From: a virus
Taxonomy: Duplodnaviria; Caudoviricetes
IMG/VR virus record: IMGVR_UViG_3300037418_002116
Length of the DNA: 64,000 bases
Strand: one strand, 5' to 3'
How positions within the stretch are numbered: the first letter of the stretch is position 1; each line of letters starts with the position of its first letter. Made by a program: the position numbers and the translations under genes. Positions 38,041 through 47,026 of this stretch are shown here, piece after piece. Below the pieces are notes generated by a model, which searched no databases, was not told where the DNA came from, and worked only from the letters and a program-made list of their open reading frames with translations.

Positions 38041-38188
38041 CACCTATTTTGATCTTTTTTGCCGTGATGGTCCTTTCATATCTCTCCATGAGAAGTCTGA
38101 GGATATCGGCAATTTCGGAATCATTACAGGCGACCGTAAGGGTTTTGAGTCCACCCTTGTATGATGGAATATAAACTTCATATAGCAT
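38027..38188 (-). CDS. 53-aa hypothetical protein (below ORF-track cut-off)
   Basis: AGGG SD then MLYEVYIPSYKGGLKTLTVACND... Confidence 0.45.
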   Translation of the reverse strand: MLYEVYIPSYKGGLKTLTVACNDSEIADILRLLMERYERTITAKKIKIGVDIQ

Positions 38189-38314
38189 ATGTGTCCCTTA
38201 ACCGGTTATGCCCCCGGTTTCCCATAACGAAAGTTCTATACGGTTTCAGGACGTGGTACAACCCCAAAAAAGGTCAGACATTCCATCTTGACACCGTTTT
38301 TGATTGATTCGGCC

Positions 38315-38342
38315 TTGACGATTTCAATATTTTGATTATATT
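38315..38342 (+). promoter_or_regulatory. Early promoter
   Basis: (C)TTGACG-N16-TATATT followed by GAGG SD. Confidence 0.7.
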
Positions 38343-38363
38343 GAAATAAAAAGAGGAATTGAC

Positions 38364-38585
38364 ATGGCACGATTTAAAGATAAGAAGCTCCAAAAGGTGT
38401 TCGACCTTTACAGCAAGACCCCGCCAACGAAGCGTGGTGATGCTCTCTTGGCCAAATACTATTTCAACGGATTGGAATATCCAAATAAAGAAAACTTAAA
38501 GCCAGAACGAGGCACGTTTGCCTATGCGGCTTGGGCAGCGGGCCACGCACTGGCCAAACAAAGAGAAAAGACACAGAATGAATGA
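38364..38585 (+). CDS. Hypothetical protein
   Basis: SD plus promoter upstream; overlaps next gene. Confidence 0.65.
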   Translation: MARFKDKKLQKVFDLYSKTPPTKRGDALLAKYYFNGLEYPNKENLKPERGTFAYAAWAAGHALAKQREKTQNE

Positions 38586-39402
38586 CTTTCCAGCGATCAT
38601 TGATTTGAGCGGCTATACGGAGAAGATGCGGAAATCTTTTCTGGAAAAGACTTTCTTCCTCACTAAAATTCCAGCAACCGTCTACATGGATTTCGGATGT
38701 GCCGATGGCAGCATGATCGAATTCATGTTCAAGATGTTTCCGGAATATCGATATTTCGGGTATGACAACGATCCGAAAATGATCGAAATGGCAAAGAAGC
38801 TGAACATTCCGAACGCCTTCTTTTCCACGGACTATGACGCAATTGTCAAGGCCATGAACGACTACGATTCACAAAGAAAGACCGAAGGGAAACCACCGGC
38901 CATTCGAGCGGTCATATGTTCATCGCTCATTCATGAAATTTGTTCATATGCGCAACCGGGAAGCATGACGGTGACGCAATTTTGGAATCGAATTCGTTCG
39001 AATTACCATTACGTCTGCATCCGTGACATGGCGATGACGGAGGAAGCCGAAAAATATGATGTCAGCACTCACGACGTTTGGCAGATTGCCAAATTCTTCC
39101 TGAAAAATGAGGATGATGTCTATATCCTTGGAGATTTTCAGAAGAAATATGGGGAAATCACCAAACTAAAGCAGATGGTTCACTTTCTTCTGAAATATCG
39201 GTATAAGAACAATTGGGAGCGGGAGCTAAACGAGAACTACTTGCCGCTCACGGTCGAAAAAATTCTAGAAGAATTTAGTCACAAGGAAATTGTTTATCAG
39301 AACCATTACCTTCTACCATTTTTGAAAGATCGTGTAAAAACCGATTTCAACATCGATCTTAAAGAAGCGACTCACTTGCAATTGATCGTGAAGTTGCGCT
39401 AA
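38578..39402 (+). CDS. Class I SAM-dependent methyltransferase
   Basis: YMDFGCADG...YFGYDNDPKMIEMAK; SSLIHEI. Confidence 0.75.
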   Translation: MNDFPAIIDLSGYTEKMRKSFLEKTFFLTKIPATVYMDFGCADGSMIEFMFKMFPEYRYFGYDNDPKMIEMAKKLNIPNAFFSTDYDAIVKAMNDYDSQRKTEGKPPAIRAVICSSLIHEICSYAQPGSMTVTQFWNRIRSNYHYVCIRDMAMTEEAEKYDVSTHDVWQIAKFFLKNEDDVYILGDFQKKYGEITKLKQMVHFLLKYRYKNNWERELNENYLPLTVEKILEEFSHKEIVYQNHYLLPFLKDRVKTDFNIDLKEATHLQLIVKLR

Positions 39403-39667
39403 TCTCAATCGTGGTTGTTCTAGTGAGAAGCTGAACATCACCGACGATATGATATTTGGTTTGGCCATGCTTGATTTGAGCAATGGCCTTATCCACAGCC
39501 TTTGCATCATCGAACCATAGCTGGTCGATTGGGTCTTCAACCCATCGAACTTCATTAGCCCATGGGCCGTATTCAACAACGCCAAGCGGCAAATAGATAT
39601 TGCCGTCATTGTCTCGGGCTAACACCCGAGCCGAATGTTGCGTTTTGATCGTTCGGGAAACTAGCAT
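39359..39667 (-). CDS. Hypothetical protein
   Basis: Last gene of coupled - strand operon. Confidence 0.55.
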   Translation of the reverse strand: MLVSRTIKTQHSARVLARDNDGNIYLPLGVVEYGPWANEVRWVEDPIDQLWFDDAKAVDKAIAQIKHGQTKYHIVGDVQLLTRTTTIEISATSRSIASESLL

Positions 39668-39876
39668 CTGGCGAGGAAATCTCCCGGCTTTTGCACAGCT
39701 TTGTGAATTTCATTCAGCTTCGATTGCTGGCCTTCCGGATAAGTTTTGTCGATATCGTGAACAAACACCATGTCCAGATGCGCCTTGATACACGCCGTCT
39801 GTTCAGCATTCAAATCATTAGGTTTGCTCAATTCGAACATCCCCTGCAACCAATAACAAAATTCTACTGCTTTCAT
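39661..39876 (-). CDS. Hypothetical protein
   Basis: F.YWLQG.FE...LN..Q...IK.HL..VF pattern recalled from phage proteins; ATGA overlap. Confidence 0.65.
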   Translation of the reverse strand: MKAVEFCYWLQGMFELSKPNDLNAEQTACIKAHLDMVFVHDIDKTYPEGQQSKLNEIHKAVQKPGDFLARC

Positions 39877-40100
39877 TGTACCTTTTCCAACTTTGAGAAA
39901 TAAGATCGTTTGGCCAAAATGTCGGTCGAATCTCGATTGATACGTAATACCAATCGAGTGCCAATAGCAGGCAGCGAACGATCAAGTTTACTTAGAAGAA
40001 CATGATCATAGAGAAGATCAATCTTTTCATCCACTGTAAGATCATCTAATTTGAAAATAAATTGATCTAACTTAGGTTTATTTTTTGTAAAAGGCCACAC
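39873..40100 (-). CDS. Hypothetical protein
   Basis: Coupled ORF. Confidence 0.55.
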   Translation of the reverse strand: MWPFTKNKPKLDQFIFKLDDLTVDEKIDLLYDHVLLSKLDRSLPAIGTRLVLRINRDSTDILAKRSYFSKLEKVQ

Positions 40101-40645
40101 TATTCATATCTCCAAAAGTATTCTTCAATCATTGCTTTATGCGTTGGGAAAGCGATTTCCGACTCCCAAGGTGTATCTTTGACCACTACCAGTTCGGTTA
40201 CTTCTGTGTCGTGCGGTAGATTTAGATCAATTTCTATGGGCTGAACCTTGCAAAAAATCAAGTTCACGCCATCGACGGTCACGATGTCCATCAATTCAGG
40301 TCGTGAGACATCGTGACCAGTCTCTTCCCTAACTTCACGAATAATCGCTTCCTGCCACGTCTCGCCAAGGTTCTGAAAGCCGCCCGGTAGAGCGAGCAAA
40401 CCCGAATCAGCCCGACGAACCATCAGCAAGCCCCCGCTTTCATTGGGCACCAAAGCGACAACCACGGGCGCTGGATTGCGGAATTTCGGGAAGCGCTCTT
40501 CAAGTTCATTGACTGCTTCCATCAGCCAATTTTGGAAGGCAAATACCTTGCGAATGTCTTGGAAAATATGGGTTGTGGAACAAAGTTTCAGTTCCTTTCT
40601 ATACCCTTCGTTGATTTCTTCCATGGCTTTTTCATAATTTTTCAT
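40100..40645 (-). CDS. Nudix hydrolase
   Basis: Nudix box GGFQNLGETWQEAIIREVREETGH; LLMVRR; AFPTH. Confidence 0.9.
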   Translation of the reverse strand: MKNYEKAMEEINEGYRKELKLCSTTHIFQDIRKVFAFQNWLMEAVNELEERFPKFRNPAPVVVALVPNESGGLLMVRRADSGLLALPGGFQNLGETWQEAIIREVREETGHDVSRPELMDIVTVDGVNLIFCKVQPIEIDLNLPHDTEVTELVVVKDTPWESEIAFPTHKAMIEEYFWRYE

Positions 40646-40920
40646 TGCAATTCTCTACAATTTTATTATATTGATTCGTGAAAGGAATTTTGGATGTTTC
40701 TTCCCAAAGGAATAGTTCTGGACAGGCGAGGCGGTATCGTCATCTCCCGGCACATGAAGTGTCTGTATGTGCAAGGGTATTATCGGAACCACTTCATTAG
40801 CAGAATGTTTACCAATAAGAAGCAGGCATTCAAGTTCTTCAATCAGTACCCGAAATAATTCGTGTACCAATTTGACACAGGTCAAATCACGTCTTATATC
40901 AGTCTGTAATGCGAGGACTC

Positions 40921-41145
40921 ATGGTAATGCATAAATCTAAGCCGTCATTGAAAAAGGACTTCGGAACCAAGCCAGCGGCGGCGAAAGCCATTGCGAAGGC
41001 TGGACTTCAACAATTGCCACATACAATCCAGATGAACAGAACCGGTTCTGTCTATCGATTCGAGCCAGTATTCTTGATCGATGACAAGCACATTTGTTAC
41101 GGAAAAGTTAAGTCTTACGGGTTTACCGTTCGGCCTAAACTGTAA
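40921..41145 (+). CDS. Hypothetical protein
   Basis: GAGG SD before ATG 40921. Confidence 0.45.
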   Translation: MVMHKSKPSLKKDFGTKPAAAKAIAKAGLQQLPHTIQMNRTGSVYRFEPVFLIDDKHICYGKVKSYGFTVRPKL

Positions 41146-41297
41146 TCGATTCGTGGGCCACCATCGGGGAACCGCTCCATTTTTTTATCTGTGTTCCCCG
41201 TCCTTTCCATCCAAGCTTCGCACTCCCATTTGACGGTAAAACATGCTAGGATGGTCGTGCCGTCGAGAACGACATAAATGTATGTGCTTCTAGCCAC
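41115..41297 (-). CDS. Hypothetical protein
   Basis: MARSTYIYVV...A.FTVK.E pattern recalled from phage small proteins. Confidence 0.55.
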   Translation of the reverse strand: MARSTYIYVVLDGTTILACFTVKWECEAWMERTGNTDKKMERFPDGGPRIDYSLGRTVNP

Positions 41298-41383
41298 GTC
41301 GATTCAACAACTTCCATAAACCGTAGGCGACCGCCGCCACGGCAATCCAAAACCAAAACATCTAAGACTCCTTGATTTTGGCG

Positions 41384-41452
41384 AATATGCCACAAATAAA
41401 GTTTAAAGTCAATTGAAAATGTCATTGACTTCTTATACAGAACGATTATATT
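41384..41452. promoter_or_regulatory. Divergent early promoter pair
   Basis: +: TTGACT-N16-TATATT (41425-41452); -: TTGACT-N17-CATATT (41412-41384). Confidence 0.65.
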
Positions 41453-41475
41453 AAAAAAGGAAACAGGAGTTCAAC

Positions 41476-41577
41476 ATGCGTTCCTTGAAAGAAATTTTGA
41501 CCGACAAAGGTAATTGGGCGATGTTGATTGCCGGTGCGCTGGTCGGTCTGTTTCTCAAATGGTATTTTGGGATTTGA
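41476..41577 (+). CDS. 33-aa single-pass membrane peptide
   Basis: AGGAG SD; MRSLKEILTDKGNWAMLIAGALVGLFLKWYFGI. Confidence 0.55.
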   Translation: MRSLKEILTDKGNWAMLIAGALVGLFLKWYFGI

Positions 41578-41580
41578 TCG

Positions 41581-42096
41581 ATGGAATGGTCCGAAAAACA
41601 GATTATGGCCGCAAGAGCCATTACGTTGATTCGCCGGAAGCTAGAGCCCAAATGTGAGGGTTGTGGTGTTGGTGCAGATCGTCCGAATTGTGCCAACGAT
41701 CTTGGCGGCTACTGTCAGCGCCACGACCAAGCGAATGTGATCGCCTACCGTGAAGTGATCGAGTCCATTTCGCAGGCGGCGGAATTCCCGTTGGAATTCA
41801 ATCGGCGTTGGGATTTGTACATGCCGTTATATCTCTATAACGATTTTTCGGAAACGGAAATTGCGTTGTTGCGAGATTTAGCGGACACTCCCGACCAGAA
41901 ACTTTCGTCTCGCAAGATCGATGAACGCTTTGCCTCATTGCGGGAAAAGCAGGCCGCTTCGTTGTCCTATCAGTATGATATGTGGACAACGAAACTGGAC
42001 AGGCGTGGCCGGGAAGTTCTGGCATGGGCAGACGAGCAAGAGGAAAAAGCTTTGGCGGAAATGTCCGACGAAGCGAAGAAATTAAATTTAGAATGA
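41581..42096 (+). CDS. Hypothetical protein with N-terminal Cys cluster
   Basis: CxxC...C...CxxH; follows promoter. Confidence 0.6.
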   Translation: MEWSEKQIMAARAITLIRRKLEPKCEGCGVGADRPNCANDLGGYCQRHDQANVIAYREVIESISQAAEFPLEFNRRWDLYMPLYLYNDFSETEIALLRDLADTPDQKLSSRKIDERFASLREKQAASLSYQYDMWTTKLDRRGREVLAWADEQEEKALAEMSDEAKKLNLE

Positions 42097-42130
42097 TATT
42101 GAAATCATGTGGAGGCCATGCCACATGATC

Positions 42131-42219
42131 GGAAGCGAGAGGGAACAGTGAATGATTCCCCTCAAATCAGGCCACACCATCAGTTCAGTCGAATGGCCGA
42201 TGGATTTCCTCTCGCTTCC
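42131..42219. ncRNA. Candidate three-way-junction RNA or unusual terminator
   Basis: 15-bp closing stem enclosing TGATT/AATCA and GGCCA/TGGCC hairpins, in an ORF-poor convergent gap. Confidence 0.35.
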
Positions 42220-42371
42220 CTTCTATTCGTCGCCGTAGTCGTCGCCGTCGAATATCAATTCATATGGTTCGCTAGTTGTATATGGGTCTTCTATTTCAAC
42301 CATTCCGTCGAAATAGACTACCTTGTCAACTTTGCCATTCCAGACGTATTTTGTGCCGTCCGATTCCGTGG

Positions 42372-42620
42372 CTATTCCACGTCGGATGAAAGGGATGAAG
42401 ATCGTTGTTCCTCCAAAAGGATAGGCTCTTCGTCAGCCACCTTTTCTGGTATGCTACGTTTCATAAGAACGACTGTGTGTGGCTTGGAAGCCTTTTCACC
42501 ATATTCCATGGTGATGACTTCCCAACCTTCCGAACCAAATTTGTTCAGTGCGTTCTCGAAAGCTGATGGATTGGTTGTAATAGTTTTGTCGATTGTCTCG
42601 ACACGAAATTCCCACTTCAA
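42372..42620 (-). CDS. DUF4177-like protein
   Basis: KWEFRV...LNKFGSEGWEV. Confidence 0.7.
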   Translation of the reverse strand: MKWEFRVETIDKTITTNPSAFENALNKFGSEGWEVITMEYGEKASKPHTVVLMKRSIPEKVADEEPILLEEQRSSSLSSDVE

Positions 42621-42647
42621 AAAAATTTTTCCTTCTGTTACGTGACT

Positions 42648-42827
42648 CTATGTAGTCATTCCGTAACCGATGGCATAGGAAATCACGATACCCACAATGG
42701 CGAGTATGCCTAGACCAATCATAGGAAACAGGGAAATCATATCCGGCACACTGGCGAAAATGATCAGGATGGCGAAGGTGATAAACATCATCCCGCCACC
42801 AATGAGAATACGTTTCAAATGAACCAT
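42648..42827 (-). CDS. 59-aa two-helix membrane protein
   Basis: Two long hydrophobic segments; below ORF-track cut-off. Confidence 0.5.
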   Translation of the reverse strand: MVHLKRILIGGGMMFITFAILIIFASVPDMISLFPMIGLGILAIVGIVISYAIGYGMTT

Positions 42828-43000
42828 GAAAAAACCTTAACGAATGGGGTAGGGAATGCCAGCATGAATATGGTGATCGCAAAAAGGCCGGTAGGGATGG
42901 CTAATTCGTACCATCCTCGTTTAAAAGCAAACCATGTTCGTTCACACCAATATAGGCAGAACAAAACGATACAAACTGTCTGAAACCACATCATATTTTC

Positions 43001-43059
43001 GATGTATCACATGTTTCTTTGATTGTCAAGATTGACATTTTCGAATCGTGGTTTATGTT
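43001..43059. promoter_or_regulatory. Back-to-back divergent early promoters
   Basis: +: TTGACA-N16-TATGTT; -: TTGACA-N17-TACATC, -35 boxes 2 nt apart. Confidence 0.6.
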
Positions 43060-43080
43060 TAGGCCATAACGGAGAGAGAA

Positions 43081-43338
43081 ATGAAACCTGAATATGAAAT
43101 AGAAGATTGGTGCATCGTCAATCGATCCTATCGCTATGTCGATTTTGTGAGCCCTGCAAACGCCTATCTCATGGGGCATATAAAGGATCACCCAAACTGC
43201 ACACCCGGCAAGCTGCACATCACATCACGCATCGTGACGGTGCATTCGGATGACGTGATCGAAACCCGCAATTCGATCTACCGGCTTGGAAAAATTCGGG
43301 AGCATTACAAAAAATTTCGAGGGACGTTGAATGGCTGA
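43081..43338 (+). CDS. Hypothetical protein
   Basis: GGAG SD; L.G.I..HP....G..HITS.IV.....IET.NS.Y.L pattern common in phages. Confidence 0.7.
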   Translation: MKPEYEIEDWCIVNRSYRYVDFVSPANAYLMGHIKDHPNCTPGKLHITSRIVTVHSDDVIETRNSIYRLGKIREHYKKFRGTLNG

Positions 43339-43561
43339 AAAGATCACCACCAAGGCGGCATTGCTCCGTCTGCGCATGGCTGGCTATCTGGTGGAGGATA
43401 TGCGTCCAACGCCAAAGAAAGCGCCTGTAATTCGGTTCTATGACGATCTAAGCAGGCCGGACATTCTCATTGTCAACGGCGAAGTCGATTCGGCCATGAT
43501 CGACAATCTTTGCAAAAAAAGCTGGCTGAACACCATGCTTTCATCCATGGGTATGGAATAG
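43331..43561 (+). CDS. Hypothetical protein
   Basis: Overlaps upstream stop; followed by terminator. Confidence 0.6.
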   Translation: MAEKITTKAALLRLRMAGYLVEDMRPTPKKAPVIRFYDDLSRPDILIVNGEVDSAMIDNLCKKSWLNTMLSSMGME

Positions 43562-43599
43562 AAAAAGGAGTCAGCAGGGGGGATTCGCTGACTCCTTTC
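43562..43599. terminator. Bidirectional terminator
   Basis: 12-bp stem AAAGGAGTCAGC/GCTGACTCCTTT between convergent genes. Confidence 0.75.
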
Positions 43600-43644
43600 A
43601 TTCTCAGAAGACGCTTGTTAACGTGGCCCGCAAACAAGCGAACC

Positions 43645-44031
43645 CTATGTAACAAGCCTTGGCGCTTTCGTCAACAGCGTTTCATACGACTGGCGTAGCG
43701 TATCCAGTTCCGTGGCCTTCTTGACAATCTGTTGCAGAATTTTATTTTTCTGTGATTCGAACACGGCAAGGGAAATGAAATTCAAAGCGGGCGTCGGCAC
43801 GAAATCATCCATGTTGCTGACAAAGAGGCTTCCCTGTCCATAACTTTCGACGTTCCCTCTCTTGCCATAGCCATTTGCCTTACAATCAAAGTGTTCGCCG
43901 TTGTATTCGACATCAAATTGAAGGTCTTTGTCCTGTTTCCGGTAAGGCCAGATGATCACAGAAAAATCCATCCAAACCCGAGCGCCCGGCTTAATCTTGG
44001 CTGAAAACTTAATGTTAGGCTCTGCCTTCAT
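43645..44031 (-). CDS. Hypothetical protein
   Basis: ATGA-coupled. Confidence 0.6.
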   Translation of the reverse strand: MKAEPNIKFSAKIKPGARVWMDFSVIIWPYRKQDKDLQFDVEYNGEHFDCKANGYGKRGNVESYGQGSLFVSNMDDFVPTPALNFISLAVFESQKNKILQQIVKKATELDTLRQSYETLLTKAPRLVT

Positions 44032-44423
44032 TCCTTTGACCCATTCTTTTTAATCGGTGGATTTTCATAACGAACATCCAATTTAGAGTGACCACCGATA
44101 TGACGTTCCGGCTTAGCGAGAATGTCATAGAAGAGTTGCATGGTCGATTCATAGACCTGTGGACGGAAAGCGCTTATCGAGAATGAAGGCTCAATCATAG
44201 CCCGGCTTCCATCTAGAAAATTACACCAGCGCTGATGATTTACGATTTCTACCAAAAGAATACCCAAGCCACTGCCATCAGAAAATTTGCTCGTTTCGAT
44301 GACATCTCTTACGGTGTAAGTTTGTCTGTATTCTGGAATAACCAAACTAAATGTCTTGGGATCGAAATAGTTTCTGAAATTTTGAATGCAGACGACCTTA
44401 TCGCCTGCTTTAAACTCATGCAT
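44028..44423 (-). CDS. Hypothetical protein
   Basis: F..GDKVVCI...YTVR.V...GI.L.EI.N SH3-like pattern. Confidence 0.6.
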   Translation of the reverse strand: MHEFKAGDKVVCIQNFRNYFDPKTFSLVIPEYRQTYTVRDVIETSKFSDGSGLGILLVEIVNHQRWCNFLDGSRAMIEPSFSISAFRPQVYESTMQLFYDILAKPERHIGGHSKLDVRYENPPIKKNGSKE

Positions 44424-44613
44424 CGTAGTGTTTTTCCCATTGCCTTCTATTAAAGGATTGTGCCCGACGATAGAGAGACATAGCTTCGTCCAAACTCTTC
44501 GAAAGATCGGCATTTGACAGCTTCTCCAAATTTGCCCGTGCCCGGTCCCTCAAATTGTGTGGAATGCATAGGGACAATATAATCTCTCGAATGGCGCTTT
44601 GTCTATCGATCAT
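44416..44613 (-). CDS. Hypothetical protein
   Basis: ATGA-coupled. Confidence 0.5.
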   Translation of the reverse strand: MIDRQSAIREIILSLCIPHNLRDRARANLEKLSNADLSKSLDEAMSLYRRAQSFNRRQWEKHYDA

Positions 44614-44849
44614 TGGGCTTTTCTGTGTGCGTCCAGCCATTCCAGCAAGGGAATGCGGGGTGCCCAATAGGCTTGTGTGGCTGGATTGCGAGTGCCGGGA
44701 ACCGTGAAATATTCCCGGCTCTGCCGATTGTAATCTTCTTGCACGTATTTGTCATAGGCAAGGCGCTCACCCGGCGTCATGGAGCGGTAAATGGCTTGCT
44801 GGCCATCCCGGTTGATGTGGACCCAAATCTGTGAATCGGGAATGTTCAT
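44610..44849 (-). CDS. Hypothetical protein
   Basis: ATGA-coupled. Confidence 0.55.
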   Translation of the reverse strand: MNIPDSQIWVHINRDGQQAIYRSMTPGERLAYDKYVQEDYNRQSREYFTVPGTRNPATQAYWAPRIPLLEWLDAHRKAQ

Positions 44850-45130
44850 GCCAACTTAGTCTCCAAAAAATTTGCAATCTCTTCGAAAGATTGTCCAGTA
44901 TCATTCATGAGCATCATAGCCGACGTTATAGCGAGACTTATGCCATACCATTGCTCACAGTTTTCGTAGGTATGCTTTTCCTTAAGCTTTAACGCCAGCC
45001 CAAGGGCGCAATAGGACTCTGTCTTGGTTTGTGGAATGAATTCGGCCATCTTGCCGACACATTGACTATAGGCACCAGAACGAAGAGCGCCAATGAGCTT
45101 TTCTGTTCTTTGTCTCTGTATTGGAGTCAT
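44846..45130 (-). CDS. Paralog family B member (ALRSGxYxQ...CxxG...ND)
   Basis: Aligns by eye with 59042-59356 and 52658-53119. Confidence 0.7.
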   Translation of the reverse strand: MTPIQRQRTEKLIGALRSGAYSQCVGKMAEFIPQTKTESYCALGLALKLKEKHTYENCEQWYGISLAITSAMMLMNDTGQSFEEIANFLETKLA

Positions 45131-45171
45131 AGATTAATCCATCTGACAAATACAATTATGATGTTCAAAGG

Positions 45172-45241
45172 AACATACGATAGAATCGACAGAAAAGTCA
45201 AGAGGAAAAAGGCTTGACGCCTTAAAGGATTATGTTATATT
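45172..45241. promoter_or_regulatory. Divergent early promoter pair
   Basis: +: (C)TTGACG-N16-TATATT; -: (C)TTGACT-N18-TATGTT. Confidence 0.65.
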
Positions 45242-45261
45242 AATGCAACGGGAGGGATGAA

Positions 45262-45480
45262 ATGCCATATCACCTGACATCCGGAATGCTTCTGTCCATC
45301 GATGACATGGCAGATATCAATGAATGCATAGAGCTTCTGACCAAGGTGGAAGCGAGATTGCACAGCATTGGGGACCGGAAGCAACATCCTCGCATCATGG
45401 CTTTTGCCACCAACTTGACGGCGCTCAAAAGAGATATCGAGGATTTTCACGATAAAAATACCCCGGTTGATCAAGCGTGA
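45262..45480 (+). CDS. Hypothetical helical protein
   Basis: GGAGGG SD and promoter. Confidence 0.65.
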   Translation: MPYHLTSGMLLSIDDMADINECIELLTKVEARLHSIGDRKQHPRIMAFATNLTALKRDIEDFHDKNTPVDQA

Positions 45481-45485
45481 ATCAA

Positions 45486-45656
45486 TCGGCGTTAGAAACC
45501 GTTTGATCAACCGGGGAGAGTGGCCTTTCAGCCGAAACTAAAAAAGACCGGTGGTTGGAGGGCGCTAACCGTCTTTCCCACCGGTCTTTATCTTAGCGCT
45601 CGGGGAGGGGGACCAATCCGAGTATCGCTAGGACAATGCGGTTTACGACGAATCGC
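45486..45656 (+). ncRNA. Candidate multi-hairpin RNA; includes a terminator-like stem for the - strand
   Basis: Four consecutive hairpins, G-U pairs favour the + strand; 12-bp AAAGACCGGTGG/CCACCGGTCTTT. Confidence 0.4.
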
Positions 45657-45669
45657 TGCAACCGTCAAG

Positions 45670-45876
45670 TCATAGATGCAGCGCCAATGAAATTTGCAGG
45701 ATCATCAGAATGACCAGAAATGGCATCGTAACAAAGTAGCCGAGCTTCGAACCAAAGGCGAAGGAACCGATCATGAAAACGCACAGAACAAGCTCACAAA
45801 AGGCTATAAGCACCAAGCCCGGCCCGAAAAGATTGATGGAAATGTCGCTCACTCTTCCACTTCTTTCTTGAACCAA
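45670..45876 (-). CDS. Small membrane protein
   Basis: Two hydrophobic segments. Confidence 0.5.
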   Translation of the reverse strand: MVQERSGRVSDISINLFGPGLVLIAFCELVLCVFMIGSFAFGSKLGYFVTMPFLVILMILQISLALHL

Positions 45877-46067
45877 CCGATTCGGTTCATCATCTTCTCT
45901 AGGTCTTCCGGGGAAGATGGTGGACCATCAAAATTTTCTTCGCCCAACAAGAGCGCCAGAAAAATTTTTTTCTTGTCATAGTGTTTGAATTCAACCCACG
46001 ATCTTCCTTCGCCATAGTGGCGCAGATTGCGAAGGCGAACCACGTCACCGGGACCGATAGAAATCAT
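45849..46067 (-). CDS. Hypothetical protein
   Basis: ATGA-coupled. Confidence 0.55.
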   Translation of the reverse strand: MISIGPGDVVRLRNLRHYGEGRSWVEFKHYDKKKIFLALLLGEENFDGPPSSPEDLEKMMNRIGWFKKEVEE

Positions 46068-46132
46068 GCTTCAAGTGCCTCCACCAGTTCAGCAAAGGTT
46101 TTTACGCCTTTCTGAAACACAGGTTCAGTCAT
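46064..46132 (-). CDS. 22-aa micro-ORF coupled at both ends
   Basis: TGATG overlap upstream and ATGA overlap downstream; MTEPVFQKGVKTFAELVEALEA. Confidence 0.4.
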   Translation of the reverse strand: MTEPVFQKGVKTFAELVEALEA

Positions 46133-46353
46133 CAGAAACTCCAATAATGAGTCGGGTTGCCGTTGTCGGGGAAACCAAACCAATTGACGGGCTCACCTTT
46201 CTTTGGGTCTGGAATGACTGCCTTCCTTGGAAAGTCGCTCTTATCAGACTTCATGATCAATGTAAAGCCATGGAGTGAAAAGTTTTCATCAATGGCAATC
46301 CAATGTGGACCACTGGCCCGAAAAGTTTTTGATCCTACTTTCCATTCAGACAT
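46132..46353 (-). CDS. Hypothetical protein
   Basis: Coupled ORF. Confidence 0.55.
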   Translation of the reverse strand: MSEWKVGSKTFRASGPHWIAIDENFSLHGFTLIMKSDKSDFPRKAVIPDPKKGEPVNWFGFPDNGNPTHYWSF

Positions 46354-46356
46354 GGG

Positions 46357-46713
46357 TCAAAGTTTCCCCAAATCGGCAGACGCCTTTTCGATAAAGGAAT
46401 CGAGAAATTTCAGCACATCGTCATGGCTTCGGTAGGACCAGTCATTGAAACCGGCAAGGCTGGAATAGCCATAATTGGTCGCAAGATGTTGTTTAAGCGC
46501 ATCCCAAATTTCACAATCAAAAGTTCGATGTTCGATGGCTTTGTGGATTGCCCCTTCAAGACACCAGCACACGGCAGTCTTGTCATAGGCAGAGACTTTC
46601 TCGCCCTTGGAATCACGGGCGAACGTACCGATTGTCCAATTCTTTTCATCGGTCAAAATCTTGCGAGCCTGAATAGCGGTTTGGAGTGTTTCAGGATGCA
46701 TCGTTCTCTCCAA
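46357..46713 (-). CDS. Paralog family A member 6 (possibly DUF6197-like)
   Basis: WTIGTFARD..G...AVCWCLEGA...FND...HDDV...D. Confidence 0.75.
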   Translation of the reverse strand: MERTMHPETLQTAIQARKILTDEKNWTIGTFARDSKGEKVSAYDKTAVCWCLEGAIHKAIEHRTFDCEIWDALKQHLATNYGYSSLAGFNDWSYRSHDDVLKFLDSFIEKASADLGKL

Positions 46714-47026
46714 TCAATTCGTCCAGCTTGGCCAGTACGGCGGCATGTGTGGTTTTCTTGTCATCATTGAAACCCATCATGTAGCCGCCCGGAAACAACG
46801 GATCGATTTCGTCATAGAGCGCAACGAATTCGGATGAATGATGCGGGATCACCGCCTTGTTGAAGGCACCTTCAAGGCACCAGCACACGGCTTTGGGCGA
46901 AAGGGAACGAACGTCCCTTCCCTTGTCGTCAACCGCATAATGTCCCTGAACCCAAGCCTCTTTTTCGGCAAGCAGAGCCCGCATGTCTTTGAGTATGGCC
47001 TTGGCCTTGTCGGACAGTTTTTTCAC
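46691..47026 (-). CDS. Paralog family A member 5
   Basis: WVQGHYAVD..G...AVCWCLEGA...FND..TTHAAV..KLD. Confidence 0.75.
   Translation of the reverse strand: MKKLSDKAKAILKDMRALLAEKEAWVQGHYAVDDKGRDVRSLSPKAVCWCLEGAFNKAVIPHHSSEFVALYDEIDPLFPGGYMMGFNDDKKTTHAAVLAKLDELIGENDAS

Noticed and set aside
42131-42219. Hammerhead ribozyme
   Set aside because: CTGATGG is present on -, but the required CUGANGA/GAAA/NUH core geometry is not.
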